Source: a virus
Taxonomy: Duplodnaviria; Caudoviricetes
Length of the DNA: 52,202 nucleotides
IMG/VR virus record: IMGVR_UViG_3300037246_000766
Location: 1-52,202 of that record
Strand: one strand, 5' to 3'
This document shows, in pieces, positions 40,906 through 50,650 of the stretch. Each line of letters starts with the position of its first letter. Within the stretch, counting starts at the first letter, position 1. The position numbers were made by a program, and so were the translations under genes. The notes beneath the pieces were generated by a model. The model was not told where the DNA came from. It made no database searches and worked only from the letters and a program-made list of their open reading frames with translations.

Positions 40906-42962
40906 AGAAAGGGGAGAAACTCGTAGCGAAACCATACCTTTGCAGGACATGTGGTAAGACAAAACCGAAAAAGCAGTTCGGTCTACGGGCACAGACCAAA
41001 AACGAACAGAAAGTATTAGGTCTTGCACCGACAACGAAGGTTAGCAGGAGCGTGTGTCTGGTTTGTGAGGCCGCAGACGAGAAGGAGGAGCTTGAAGCGG
41101 CTGTTGCAGACAACGTGCGGATAAAAACTATGCGCCATGCGCGTAGAACTCTTGCAAAGGCTGAAGCGAAGAAGGAGAAGAAGGCCGAAAAGCGCGAAAA
41201 ACAGATTCACGGCGTGAAAGAGGAGTTGTTAGAGCGCCAACTCGCGAGAAAGAGTCTTTTGCAGTTCCTCAAGCGGTTTTATCCGCGATATATCGCCGGT
41301 TGGGTCCATGTCGACATCTGTAACCGGCTTGAGCGCTTTATGGAGGACGTCGTCGCCGGGAAGAACCCTCGATTGATGTTATTCATGCCTCCACGGCACG
41401 GAAAGTCGATTATTGCGTCACAGCACTTCCCTGCATGGGTGTTGGGGCAGCATCCCGAGTTCGAAATCATCGCAGCGAGCTACGGCTCTTCTCTCCCGAT
41501 CAAATTCTCGCGTTACGTCCGTGCGTTGTTGCGAGATCCGAAGTACCAGAAGATATTCCCCGACACTGTGCTCGACAAAGAGAACGAGAATGTTGAAGGG
41601 TGGGGTACGACTGATGGTGGTGGGTACATCCCGGCTGGTGTCGGTGGTGGTATCACGGGTAAGGGCGCGCACATCCTGATCATTGATGATCCGGTCAAGG
41701 ACGCGGAGGAAGCTGACTCGGAGACTACACGCGAGTCAGTATGGGATTGGTACGGTTCAACTGCGTACACCCGGCTCGCACCGCTCAGTGGTGTGCTCGT
41801 TATTCAAACGCGTTGGCACGATGACGACCTGAGTGGTCGACTCATTCAGCAGATGCGTGATGCGTACAAGGAACTCGAGAATTTGGACCGCGAAGTTACT
41901 GAGCAGCTTAATCGCGAGTTGGACGACGGAGAGATCGACAATGTTAAGTACACGATGTGCATCGCAGACCTCGCAAAAGACATACGTCAGAAAAGATCTG
42001 AAATTGATTCGTGGGAGATCGTGTCGTATCCGGCAGAAGCGGAGTATGACGAGTATCAGGACGATAGGGGTAATATCCTATTCGTGGATCCAGAGTCGGG
42101 GATGCCGGTACAGGACGTCATTGATTTCGACAAGTCAGCGGCGCGGCTACTTCGTCATAAGGGAGATGCACTTCATCCAGCCCGCTACCCATCAGATCGC
42201 CTTAAGAAAATCAAAAACGCGCTTCAATCGAGACACTGGCATGCCCTCTACCAGCAGAACCCGGTTCCGGAGGAGGGGCAGTACTTCAAGAAAGAGATGT
42301 TTCGTTACCGAAAGGGCATGCTTGACGTTCGGAACCTCCCGATTGCCATGGCGTGGGACTTGGCAATTGGCAAAAAGCAGACGAACGACTGGACGGTCGG
42401 TATCGTTGGCGCAATCGATTATGAAGGGAATATTCAGATCATCGATCAGTTGAGAGGTCGATGGGACACGAACGAGATTGCGCGGAACATCATCATGACC
42501 TACTCCAAATATCGCAGTATGACCGACCAAATGTGCCTTGTCGGTATCGAGCGCGGCCAGTTGGAGTTGGCTATTCGTCCAGAGCTGAACAGGCTTTCGA
42601 ACGAGCTTCGGATCTTCCCAGCGTATGATAATGAACTCAAGCCATTGACTGATAAGCTGATTCGCGCTCGTCCCCTGCAGGGTTTTATGCAGGGAGGGAA
42701 GCTCGTCCTGGCTGACGTGGAACTGAATCCATGGGTGGAAATCCTAGTCCATGAGCTGTTACGATTCCCGAATGGTACTTTCGATGATTGCGTGGATGCC
42801 TTAGCATGGCTGGCTCGCATGGTGGAGCGCAACTTCTCCAAGCCGAGAAGGCTTGATCCAGAGAGGCGTCGGCGCAAGAAGGAAGGTGAGATGACAGTTG
42901 CAGAGCGGATGAAAGAGGCGTACAGGAAACAAGGCGGCGGACGGGACCCGATGGCAGCATGA
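40902..42962 (+). CDS. terL: terminase large subunit
   Basis: MPPRHGKS Walker A, IIDDPVKD Walker B, IQTRWHDDDL, ALYQQNP; nuclease WDLA and DDCVDA. Confidence 0.95.
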   Translation: MKKGEKLVAKPYLCRTCGKTKPKKQFGLRAQTKNEQKVLGLAPTTKVSRSVCLVCEAADEKEELEAAVADNVRIKTMRHARRTLAKAEAKKEKKAEKREKQIHGVKEELLERQLARKSLLQFLKRFYPRYIAGWVHVDICNRLERFMEDVVAGKNPRLMLFMPPRHGKSIIASQHFPAWVLGQHPEFEIIAASYGSSLPIKFSRYVRALLRDPKYQKIFPDTVLDKENENVEGWGTTDGGGYIPAGVGGGITGKGAHILIIDDPVKDAEEADSETTRESVWDWYGSTAYTRLAPLSGVLVIQTRWHDDDLSGRLIQQMRDAYKELENLDREVTEQLNRELDDGEIDNVKYTMCIADLAKDIRQKRSEIDSWEIVSYPAEAEYDEYQDDRGNILFVDPESGMPVQDVIDFDKSAARLLRHKGDALHPARYPSDRLKKIKNALQSRHWHALYQQNPVPEEGQYFKKEMFRYRKGMLDVRNLPIAMAWDLAIGKKQTNDWTVGIVGAIDYEGNIQIIDQLRGRWDTNEIARNIIMTYSKYRSMTDQMCLVGIERGQLELAIRPELNRLSNELRIFPAYDNELKPLTDKLIRARPLQGFMQGGKLVLADVELNPWVEILVHELLRFPNGTFDDCVDALAWLARMVERNFSKPRRLDPERRRRKKEGEMTVAERMKEAYRKQGGGRDPMAA

Positions 42963-43060
42963 GCATTCAATCACGTATCAACTGGCTTCTCGTGGGTTTT
43001 CTCGCTGTCATGGTTATCGTCGGTGTTCTCATTTACTTCGGCGTAGGAGATGTATGGTAA
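42959..43060 (+). CDS. tiny single-TM peptide (33 aa)
   Basis: MSIQSRINWLLVGFLAVMVIVGVLIYFGVGDVW; ATGA and TAATG overlaps on either side. Confidence 0.55.
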   Translation: MSIQSRINWLLVGFLAVMVIVGVLIYFGVGDVW

Positions 43061-43245
43061 TGGCACAACCATCTGATGAACAATTGAAGGGCGCTATCAA
43101 GCGCGGTGAACGCGCAGGCAAAGGGCTTCGTGAGTTTCTCATAGGTCGTCCTGAGAAGAAGTTGAAAGCGCGAGACCTAAAGAAAGCCAAGCGCAAGGTC
43201 AAGGTGACCTTCAACAGTCCGAAGACTACGAAAATCACGTACTAG
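43060..43245 (+). CDS. small Lys/Arg-rich protein
   Basis: AGGAG RBS; highly basic. Confidence 0.55.
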   Translation: MAQPSDEQLKGAIKRGERAGKGLREFLIGRPEKKLKARDLKKAKRKVKVTFNSPKTTKITY

Positions 43246-43283
43246 CACGATAAGCTAATAATCGTACAGCACGATAAACTAAT
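43244..43283 (+). repeat. 16-bp direct repeat, putative regulatory site
   Basis: agcacgataagctaat (43244-43259) and agcacgataaactaat (43268-43283). Confidence 0.7.
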
Positions 43284-43297
43284 TTAGGTACAAGCGC

Positions 43298-43660
43298 ATG
43301 GCTAAGCATGACGACAGGAAACGGATCAAGCGGAAGGTAATCGAAGTCAGCCCTGGGAAGTTTGTCAAGGCAGGGGGTGCGCTCGATACGAGTAGTGGAG
43401 AAGGCAAGGCGCGGCTTCGTGATAAACGTGTCGCGGCAGCGAGAAAGAAAATCACGGGTGATTTGAAGACGCGTGTTGTCGCGCTTCAGAAGAAAACCCC
43501 TGGTGCTCGTAAGGGTGAGTTGAGTCTTCAGAAGGACACCGCGCCTAAGCAGGACGCGATCAAGAACGAGCCTACACAGCGCGGACTCAAGAAAGCATTC
43601 GAAGGTGCTGCTGCAGCGCGTGCAGAAGCAAAGAAAAAGATCAAGACAAAAGGTACATAA
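43298..43660 (+). CDS. Lys/Arg/Ala-rich protein
   Basis: 120 aa, highly basic. Confidence 0.6.
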   Translation: MAKHDDRKRIKRKVIEVSPGKFVKAGGALDTSSGEGKARLRDKRVAAARKKITGDLKTRVVALQKKTPGARKGELSLQKDTAPKQDAIKNEPTQRGLKKAFEGAAAARAEAKKKIKTKGT

Positions 43661-43662
43661 TC

Positions 43663-43815
43663 ATGGCAGGACTAGCACAAAGGTTGAGGGACGCGTTCCT
43701 AAAGCCAGCACAGAAGAAGTTCAAGAAGCGGCTTGTAGGCTTGGAAAAACGGTCGACAACTCCGGGTCAAGCGGAGAAGGTTGTTGTTCGTCCGGACAGA
43801 CCAGTCAAAAAGTAG
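43663..43815 (+). CDS. small basic protein (50 aa)
   Basis: MAGLAQRLRDAFLKPAQKKFKKR...; fills the gap before the portal; not in the ORF track. Confidence 0.5.
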   Translation: MAGLAQRLRDAFLKPAQKKFKKRLVGLEKRSTTPGQAEKVVVRPDRPVKK

Positions 43816-43824
43816 GTAGCCCCC

Positions 43825-46008
43825 ATGCCCAAAGATGTAACAAAAGCAGAAGAGAACTGGAACCGGTACACGTTTGCCCGCGACAACGGGCATCTCGACT
43901 TCGTTCGGAAGGCAAACATCTGCGAACAGTACTTCTACGGAAATCAGTGGAGAGAAGAGACCCGGCGACTGCTAGAACAGCAGATGAAGCCTGTGGTCAC
44001 GATCAACAAAGTTTTTTCATCTCTGCTTGTTGTGATGGGCGAGATGCTACAGGTACAAGGCGATGTCTCGTTCCAACCAACCGCATCCGGCAACCAAGAG
44101 ACTGCTGATGCTCTCACGAAGATATACAGGTCTATTCTTCGGAGCAACAACTATCAAGTTCGCGAAGCGGAAGTTTTTGACTCCGGTATCATCCGCAGTC
44201 GCGGCTTTTTCGACATTCGACTTACATTCAACGACCACCTACAGGGCGAAGTCAAGATTACGAGCGCCAACTCGAAGAATGTAGTCATCGATCCCGATGC
44301 ATCACAGTATGATCCTGAAACGTGGAACGAAGTCTTTTATACGAAGTGGATGACAGCGAACGACATCAAGACCGAATATAACGAAGCAGATGGGGAACAA
44401 CTATCGCAAAAAGATCCCCGAGACTTTCGTTTCGGTGTTGACTCAGCCGATTCGCTCATGAATACCTTCGGCGGCGCTACTCGCGTAGGAAGGAACCGTT
44501 CCGCGTTTCTTCATCCTTCATATTTCCCTCAGTCGCGCACTGCGTACGATTCGAAAGTCAGACGCATCATTCGCGTGATCGAGCGCCAATATCGCGACCT
44601 CGACAAGGTCGATCACTTCGTAGATCGGGATACGGGTGATATGCGCCCGATCCCCGATAGTTGGGATGAGGAGCGCATCAAAGAGGTCATACAAGCGTAC
44701 GACTTCCTGGTACTGCCCAAGAAGATCAGTCGCATTCGTTATCTCGTCACTGCAGACGATCATGTGTTGTTTGATGATTGGGGACCGCTCAAGCGCTTCA
44801 CATTCGTTCCCTACTTCCCGATGTTCCACGAAGGGACTGCTATCGGCATGGTAGAGAACATCCTCTCGCCGCAAGACATGCTCAACAAGACTCTCAGCCA
44901 GGAGTTGCATGTTGTGAACACCACAGCGAATAGCGGCTGGCAGATGGAGGAAGATCAGCTCGTCAACATGGAGAGCGAAGAGTTGGAGACTCGCGGCGCA
45001 GAGACCGGGCTCGTCCTGGTGCGTCGGAAGGGCACAGCGCCTCTAGAGAAGATCAATCCAAATCAGATCCCAACAGGACTTGACAGGTTGTCATTCAAAG
45101 CAGACGAGATGGTCAAGGAGTTGTCAGGCGCGTCTGACTCTAAGCGTGGCTTCGACCGCGCTGATGTTTCAGGCAAGGCTATCAAAGCAAAAAATCTCGC
45201 AGGCTCGGTCAACTTTGCCAAGGCTCTGTTTAACCTCGTGCAGACGCGGCATTTGGTTGCTGAAGCTGTCGTTGACATCGTGCAGGAGCACTACACTGAG
45301 GAACGGTTGTTTCGCGTAGCGCCCATGCAGTTAGGTGCTGATAGCGAAGAGATTCGTGTCAACGTACAGTCACCAGAGGGACGAGTCATCAATGACCTGA
45401 CCCTTGGTGAGTATGACGTCGCGATCACTGATGTGCCGCTCACTGACACGTTCGAACAGAGTCAGTTCGACGAAGCTGTACAGCTGCGTGAATTGGGCAT
45501 CGCTATTCCAGATCATGTGCTCATCGAGGCATCGAAGCTCTCGAAGAAGCAGGAGATTGCGCAAGCGCTCCGCGAGCAGAATGAAGGTAGTGATAGTGAC
45601 CCGGCTGCACAAGAGCTGGCTCAGCTTGAGATCGAGCTTAAGAAAGCCGAGATCGAGACAAAGAAAGCAACTGCACAGAAGCAGCAGGCTGATGCCGCGT
45701 TGGCAATCGCTCAGGCGCAAGCTACACTCGCAGAGGCACAGCAGCTGGGTAATGCAGAGGGTGACCAACAGAAACTCCAGCTAGAGGCAGAAAAGGCCGC
45801 ACTCGAAGCCGCACAGGGTGAGCGAGTTGCTAATCTCAACGAACAGAAACTCAAGACCGATATCGAGCTGACTCGTCGTAAAGGCGAGGAGGAGATTCGG
45901 TTGAACCGCATCAAAGCAGCGCAAGAATCACGCGCCGCAAACGAGAAAGAGAGGAGAGATAATGAAGCTGCAAAAGCTAAACTTGACAGTAAGAGTGAAA
46001 GTAAATGA
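43825..46008 (+). CDS. portal protein (P22 gp1/N4-like)
   Basis: FYGNQW, P..TINK, FVPYF...GMVE....PQD.LNK and SGKAI motifs; C-terminal coiled-coil barrel. Confidence 0.9.
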   Translation: MPKDVTKAEENWNRYTFARDNGHLDFVRKANICEQYFYGNQWREETRRLLEQQMKPVVTINKVFSSLLVVMGEMLQVQGDVSFQPTASGNQETADALTKIYRSILRSNNYQVREAEVFDSGIIRSRGFFDIRLTFNDHLQGEVKITSANSKNVVIDPDASQYDPETWNEVFYTKWMTANDIKTEYNEADGEQLSQKDPRDFRFGVDSADSLMNTFGGATRVGRNRSAFLHPSYFPQSRTAYDSKVRRIIRVIERQYRDLDKVDHFVDRDTGDMRPIPDSWDEERIKEVIQAYDFLVLPKKISRIRYLVTADDHVLFDDWGPLKRFTFVPYFPMFHEGTAIGMVENILSPQDMLNKTLSQELHVVNTTANSGWQMEEDQLVNMESEELETRGAETGLVLVRRKGTAPLEKINPNQIPTGLDRLSFKADEMVKELSGASDSKRGFDRADVSGKAIKAKNLAGSVNFAKALFNLVQTRHLVAEAVVDIVQEHYTEERLFRVAPMQLGADSEEIRVNVQSPEGRVINDLTLGEYDVAITDVPLTDTFEQSQFDEAVQLRELGIAIPDHVLIEASKLSKKQEIAQALREQNEGSDSDPAAQELAQLEIELKKAEIETKKATAQKQQADAALAIAQAQATLAEAQQLGNAEGDQQKLQLEAEKAALEAAQGERVANLNEQKLKTDIELTRRKGEEEIRLNRIKAAQESRAANEKERRDNEAAKAKLDSKSESK

Positions 46009-46192
46009 TGCAGGGTACTTTCCTGCCGTGGAAGTCGCTGACGTCCTCACAACTTTCGTTCGACATTTGCGGGAGGGTGCGTATAGTGCATCCCTCGAAA
46101 CCAAAGGCACTCATCTACACGCAGCAGGCGCGGTCGATTGGGAGCTAGAAGAGGTAGAAGATGGCAAAGGTAAAGCTCCCGAAAACGGATAG
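45962..46192 (+). CDS. hypothetical protein
   Basis: GAGGAG RBS; overlaps the portal end. Confidence 0.5.
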   Translation: MKLQKLNLTVRVKVNDAGYFPAVEVADVLTTFVRHLREGAYSASLETKGTHLHAAGAVDWELEEVEDGKGKAPENG

Positions 46193-46355
46193 CATGGCGG
46201 ACTTCGAACTGAAGGACGACATGCGGACTCTGAAGAAAGCGAAGGAGATCATGAGTGATTCCAAGCGAATGGCTCGGGTCAAATCAATGGCGAGAGAAGA
46301 GGCTGGTGCTTTGATGGAAATCGCATCAGGCAAAGGTCTCCGTCGAATGAAGTAG
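46161..46355 (+). CDS. small conserved head-module protein
   Basis: DDMRTL.KA.EI..D.KRM motif. Confidence 0.6.
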   Translation: MAKVKLPKTDSMADFELKDDMRTLKKAKEIMSDSKRMARVKSMAREEAGALMEIASGKGLRRMK

Positions 46356-46367
46356 AGGTAGAGAGAG

Positions 46368-47396
46368 ATGGCTATTTTGAGACATGTGTTGAGAGAAGAG
46401 AACAAGGGCGACGGATCTGACAATCCGCCGAAGGTAGTAGCTGGTCCCGGCGAGACCCAGGACAGCATGCCGAAAGATCCCCCCGCTAAAGATCCAGACA
46501 AGGGCGATGCTGTTGGTGATGAAGCGGCCAAGGAAGCGGCCAAGAAGGCAGAGGAAGATGCTGCAAAGGCAGCAGCTGCAAAGGATGCCGGCGGCGACAA
46601 AACGGACAAGGACGGGGACACCGACCTCAAGATCTCCGTTCCGAAGGCGAGGATGGATGCTGCGCTAGTTCGTGCGCGTGAGGCAGAGGCGCGAGCCGAT
46701 GCAGCAGAGCTGCGAGCAACTGAAGCTGAGCGGACCCCCGCGACTGCCAAAGCCGATGATGACGACGACACGCTAACGATTGCGCAGGCTGAGAAGCGCA
46801 TCGGGGAGCTTGACGCTGAGATCGCGAAAGCGATGAAAGACGAAGATGATGAGGGCGGTGCCAAAGCTGCTGTCTTACTTCGTGAACAGCGCGAGTTATC
46901 GGAAGGCGTCAGGGATGCTAAACTGGAAGATGCAACTGTCGCACAGACAGCGCAGACTACGGAGTCCATCCAGTTCGACCGCGTGGTCACTGACCTGGAG
47001 GGACGTATCCCGATCCTCGACGAGAAGCATGACGACTTCGACAAAGACCTGACCGACGAAGTAGTCGAACTCGCTCGCGCACTACACAGACAAGGTGGCC
47101 GCTCTCAAGGAGATGCGATGATCTTGGCAGTGGATTATATGTCCACTAAATTGGGCCTCGATGGAACTGACACGGTGAAAGAGGTCAAAAAGAAAGAGAC
47201 CGACATCGCGGGTAACGTCGACAAGGCAAAGAAGCTGCCGCCCGATTTGGCCGCTTCAAAGGCCGGATCGGACTCCGATAAGGCTGGGGTCACAGCGGAT
47301 AGCAAGCGGGCGATGGATATGTCGCCTGAAGAGTTTGAGGCCCTTTCTGGCAATCCGGAGGAAATGTCCCGGTTGCGGGGCGATTTCGTTACATGA
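46368..47396 (+). CDS. capsid scaffolding protein
   Basis: Acidic, Ala-rich, coiled coil; VPKARMD; C-terminal MS.EEF.AL...RLRGD; upstream of the capsid gene. Confidence 0.8.
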   Translation: MAILRHVLREENKGDGSDNPPKVVAGPGETQDSMPKDPPAKDPDKGDAVGDEAAKEAAKKAEEDAAKAAAAKDAGGDKTDKDGDTDLKISVPKARMDAALVRAREAEARADAAELRATEAERTPATAKADDDDDTLTIAQAEKRIGELDAEIAKAMKDEDDEGGAKAAVLLREQRELSEGVRDAKLEDATVAQTAQTTESIQFDRVVTDLEGRIPILDEKHDDFDKDLTDEVVELARALHRQGGRSQGDAMILAVDYMSTKLGLDGTDTVKEVKKKETDIAGNVDKAKKLPPDLAASKAGSDSDKAGVTADSKRAMDMSPEEFEALSGNPEEMSRLRGDFVT

Positions 47397-47534
47397 TAGT
47401 CTCTCGACATTCGGGTGGCGTACGATATGAAGCCCGTGCTCAGCACACGCTAAAGAGCTGCTTTCCGGCCTCCGACACGACAGTTCGGAACACTGTATCT
47501 ATCTTGTGTATCAGGACTTAGGAGGTCCATCAAA

Positions 47535-48653
47535 ATGGCTCTTACCAATTTCGCTGCTCTCACAGACGAGCAGAAAACGATTTGGGCCAAGGATACCTGG
47601 AAGAACGCCCGTAACGCTGCCTTTCTGAACAAGTTCTTAGGCGACGGTCCCAACTCGATGATCCAGCGGATCTCCGAGTTGAAGAAGACCGAGAAAGGCG
47701 CACGCGCTGTCATTACCCTGGTCAAGGACCTGGAAGGTGATGGTGTTGCGGGAGATCGAACCCTCGAAGGCAATGAGGAAGAGATCCAGTCGTTCGATCA
47801 GGTCATCCAAGTCGACCAACTGCGTCACGCCAACCGACACGAAGGCCGCATTGCGGATCAGCGTTCGGTTGTGGAGTTCAGAGAGAACTCTCGCGACGTA
47901 CTGGCCTACTGGCTCGCTGACCGACTCGACCAAATGGCGTTCTTGGCGCTCACTGGCGTTTCCTTCACTCTCAAGAACGACGGCTCCCCGCGAACGGGTA
48001 GTGATCTGCCGTTCCTGGAGTGGGCGGCTGACGTCACGGCTCCGACTACGCTTCGTCATCGCAACTGGGTTGACGCATCCGACTCACTCGTCCCCGGCGA
48101 TACCGCTACGGTAGTCGCTGCCGACGTGCCGTCTTGGCGCATGCTTGTCAAGATGAAGGCGTTTGCGAAAATTCAGTTCATTCGGCCCATCCGGGGCGAA
48201 GGTCCTTTCTCGGGGCAGGTCATGTACAACGTGTTCATGCACCCCGATGCAATCGCGATCCTCAAGTTGGATCCGGACTTTCTCGCCGCATGGCGCAACG
48301 CGATGCCTCGTTCGACAAGCAACATCTTGTTTCGCGATGCAGACGTGTACTTTGTGGATGGTCTCGCAATTCGCGAGTTCTTCCATGTGTTCAACACCCT
48401 TGGCGCTGCGGGTGGTAGCAAGTTCGGATCTGGCGGAAACGTCGAAGGTTCCAGCACGCTGCTCTGCGGTTCCCAAGCCCTCGGCTTCGCTGACATTGGC
48501 GATCCCTACTGGGTGGAGAAAGGGTTTGACTACGAGAACGAGCAAGGTATCTCGTTGGGCAAAATGTGCGGCATGAAGAAGCCTGTCTTCCGAAGCCACG
48601 CGTCGGGTACCAACGAAGACTTCGCAGTTCTTCGCGTCAATCACGCAATCTAA
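47535..48653 (+). CDS. major capsid protein (N4-gp56/DUF4043-like)
   Basis: LEGDGV.GDRTLEGNEE, VDQLRHA, WLADRLDQMAFL.LTG and CG.QAL.FADIG motifs. Confidence 0.92.
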   Translation: MALTNFAALTDEQKTIWAKDTWKNARNAAFLNKFLGDGPNSMIQRISELKKTEKGARAVITLVKDLEGDGVAGDRTLEGNEEEIQSFDQVIQVDQLRHANRHEGRIADQRSVVEFRENSRDVLAYWLADRLDQMAFLALTGVSFTLKNDGSPRTGSDLPFLEWAADVTAPTTLRHRNWVDASDSLVPGDTATVVAADVPSWRMLVKMKAFAKIQFIRPIRGEGPFSGQVMYNVFMHPDAIAILKLDPDFLAAWRNAMPRSTSNILFRDADVYFVDGLAIREFFHVFNTLGAAGGSKFGSGGNVEGSSTLLCGSQALGFADIGDPYWVEKGFDYENEQGISLGKMCGMKKPVFRSHASGTNEDFAVLRVNHAI

Positions 48654-48665
48654 CGGAGGCTGATC

Positions 48666-49127
48666 ATGGAAATTCTGAAAGACCAAGGTCGGCAATACTC
48701 CCTTTGGGCATCTGCGAACATCGGCTTTGCTGATGGACTCACTGTCGCGCAAGCAATCGGTACAGGGATTCAAGATCTTCTGGATCTTCCTGCGGGCGCG
48801 GAAGTGGTTGGTGGCTCAATTACCGTGACTGAGGTATGGGATCAGGGCACAACCGCTGTGCTTGATATCGGAGACGTAGACGATCCTGATCGTTACACGT
48901 CTTCGCCTGTCGATCTCAAAAGCCTCGGGCGAACGGCTCTTACTCTGGATGGTAAAGTGACCACAGGGGAAGAGACGGTCGACGTCGATCCCGTTCTTGT
49001 CGGGGCCGATTCCACGCAGGGAGCGGCGACCATTCGAGTCGAGTACGTCATCAACGATCGAGCCCATGAGAACCAGGGCCTGAACGTGGCGGATTACGGA
49101 TCGAAGAATGCGCCTGAGACCGGCTAA
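48666..49127 (+). CDS. capsid decoration/cement-like protein
   Basis: LPAGAEVVGG.I.V...W......LDIGD...DRY...G.A...VEY pattern; follows the capsid gene. Confidence 0.7.
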   Translation: MEILKDQGRQYSLWASANIGFADGLTVAQAIGTGIQDLLDLPAGAEVVGGSITVTEVWDQGTTAVLDIGDVDDPDRYTSSPVDLKSLGRTALTLDGKVTTGEETVDVDPVLVGADSTQGAATIRVEYVINDRAHENQGLNVADYGSKNAPETG

Positions 49128-49147
49128 CCCCTTTGGGGAACGAAGCG

Positions 49148-49187
49148 GGGACTGGGGTACTTACGTGCCCCGGTCCCTTTTTTATTT
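49148..49187 (+). terminator. Rho-independent terminator
   Basis: gggactggggtac-ttac-gtgccccggtccc-ttttttattt. Confidence 0.85.
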
Positions 49188-49207
49188 GTGTTTGAGAGGA
49201 AAGAGAG

Positions 49208-49897
49208 ATGCCTAAAGAGAGAGTGAACTTGCCCGCCCCCGTATTTCCCGCAGTCGTGCGTGGAATGACGTGGGTGGAATCAAACCGAAATATTACCCTG
49301 AACACTACGAAGGGACACTGCGTTTTCTTCTTGCGCGGTCGAAAGCAGCTGTGCCCCAACGTCATACTCGAAGATGCGATGGCAGTTGGAATCCTTCCCG
49401 TCGAAAGGGACCGTGTGTCGGATGACGACGACGATGGGATTCTGCCAGTCGAGATCACGGGTAGCGCACGTATCAGTCAGATTCGTGACTGTGTCGAGGC
49501 ACTGATCAGGCGCAACGGACGAACTGACTTTACTGCCAGCGGCCTACCGAATCTCAAAGTGGTCAACCGTACTCTCGGGTACGATGTCGATCTCAGCGAG
49601 GTAACGAAGGTGTGGGCCAAGATCCAACAGGAGAACGCTGATTCTCGCAATGATCCTTCAAAGGTCATCGAGAGCGCTGCTCCCGTTCGCCCCTCTGATC
49701 CGGAGGAGTTCGTGAAAGCACTCGATGATATCGTTCGCTCAGTCTTCGAGACTGGAAGCGAGGATGACTTCACTGGATCCGGCGCACCACAGGTGCGGTC
49801 TATCGTCAACCGATCTGGTTACGATGTGACAGCAGCCGAACGCGATGCGGCCCATAAGCGCTATCAAGCTGCGCAGAAAGGGCAACCAGCAGAGTAG
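49208..49897 (+). CDS. head-module protein with two tandem DFT.SG.P domains
   Basis: Internal duplication visible in the translation. Confidence 0.7.
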   Translation: MPKERVNLPAPVFPAVVRGMTWVESNRNITLNTTKGHCVFFLRGRKQLCPNVILEDAMAVGILPVERDRVSDDDDDGILPVEITGSARISQIRDCVEALIRRNGRTDFTASGLPNLKVVNRTLGYDVDLSEVTKVWAKIQQENADSRNDPSKVIESAAPVRPSDPEEFVKALDDIVRSVFETGSEDDFTGSGAPQVRSIVNRSGYDVTAAERDAAHKRYQAAQKGQPAE

Positions 49898-49906
49898 GTA
49901 ACGTAA

Positions 49907-50650
49907 ATGTCACTCACACCCGAAGATCTTAAAGACAGGTTCCGCAGAGAAGTCGATGACATAAACGGTGGTAGTCAAGGTGAAGACTACCTCTGGTCTG
50001 ATGATGACGTCTTCGGATACATGGAAGTGGCGCAGAGAAAGTTCGTACGACGAACACATTTTCTGCGGAAGGGTTCCCCTGCGGTCGATATAACAGATCT
50101 GACCACACTGGCCTTCACTGCTTCGGGTGCGAGTGGCTTTTTACCGATCAGTACCAAGATCATTCGTATCTTGAACGCAAGGATGCGAGACACTTCAAAC
50201 TCGAATTCAGATCCACTAGAGATCATGCCTTTCGAGGAACTCAACGAGGGGTTCTTCACGCGTGACTATGGCGCTGTGTTCGTAGGAAACTGGCAGGATA
50301 AGATTGGAAACGCACGTATCCTTGCTCCGAACTTCACAGAGAACTTCGTACGCATTGTCCCGATCCCTGCACAAGACGACACCGTTGAGTTGATCGTTGA
50401 ACATCTTCCGCTTAACACTGTGACGTGTGATAGCGCTACGCTCGACGTCACAGAACTCGAAGATCAGCTAATCATCATGGACTACATGCGCTCTCTTGCT
50501 TTCTTGAAGCAGGACGCGGATACCTACGATCCAGAGCTGTCTGCCAAGTTCGGACGTCTGTTTGACAGTGCAGCTGATGAGCGACGTCGTGAGATCAAGC
50601 GTACGCGCTTCCGCGCTCGTAGTACGCGCTACGGAGGCATACCCTTCTAA
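49907..50650 (+). CDS. head-tail adaptor protein
   Basis: FR..VDD...YLWSDD....Y...AQ..F, P.P and AFLKQDADTYD motifs. Confidence 0.75.
   Translation: MSLTPEDLKDRFRREVDDINGGSQGEDYLWSDDDVFGYMEVAQRKFVRRTHFLRKGSPAVDITDLTTLAFTASGASGFLPISTKIIRILNARMRDTSNSNSDPLEIMPFEELNEGFFTRDYGAVFVGNWQDKIGNARILAPNFTENFVRIVPIPAQDDTVELIVEHLPLNTVTCDSATLDVTELEDQLIIMDYMRSLAFLKQDADTYDPELSAKFGRLFDSAADERRREIKRTRFRARSTRYGGIPF

Noticed and set aside
41850-42150. Intein in TerL
   Set aside because: The insertion lacks an N-terminal Cys/Ser splice motif, a C-terminal His-Asn and LAGLIDADG motifs.
46145-47044. 299-aa minus-strand ORF, and similar long antisense ORFs such as 48084-48773 and 16546-17169
   Set aside because: These are shadows of well-supported genes on the opposite strand, with Ser/Ala-rich antisense composition and no RBS support.
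47400-47430. sigma70 promoter before the capsid gene (TCGACA...TACGAT)
   Set aside because: The spacing between the hexamers is only 11 bp.
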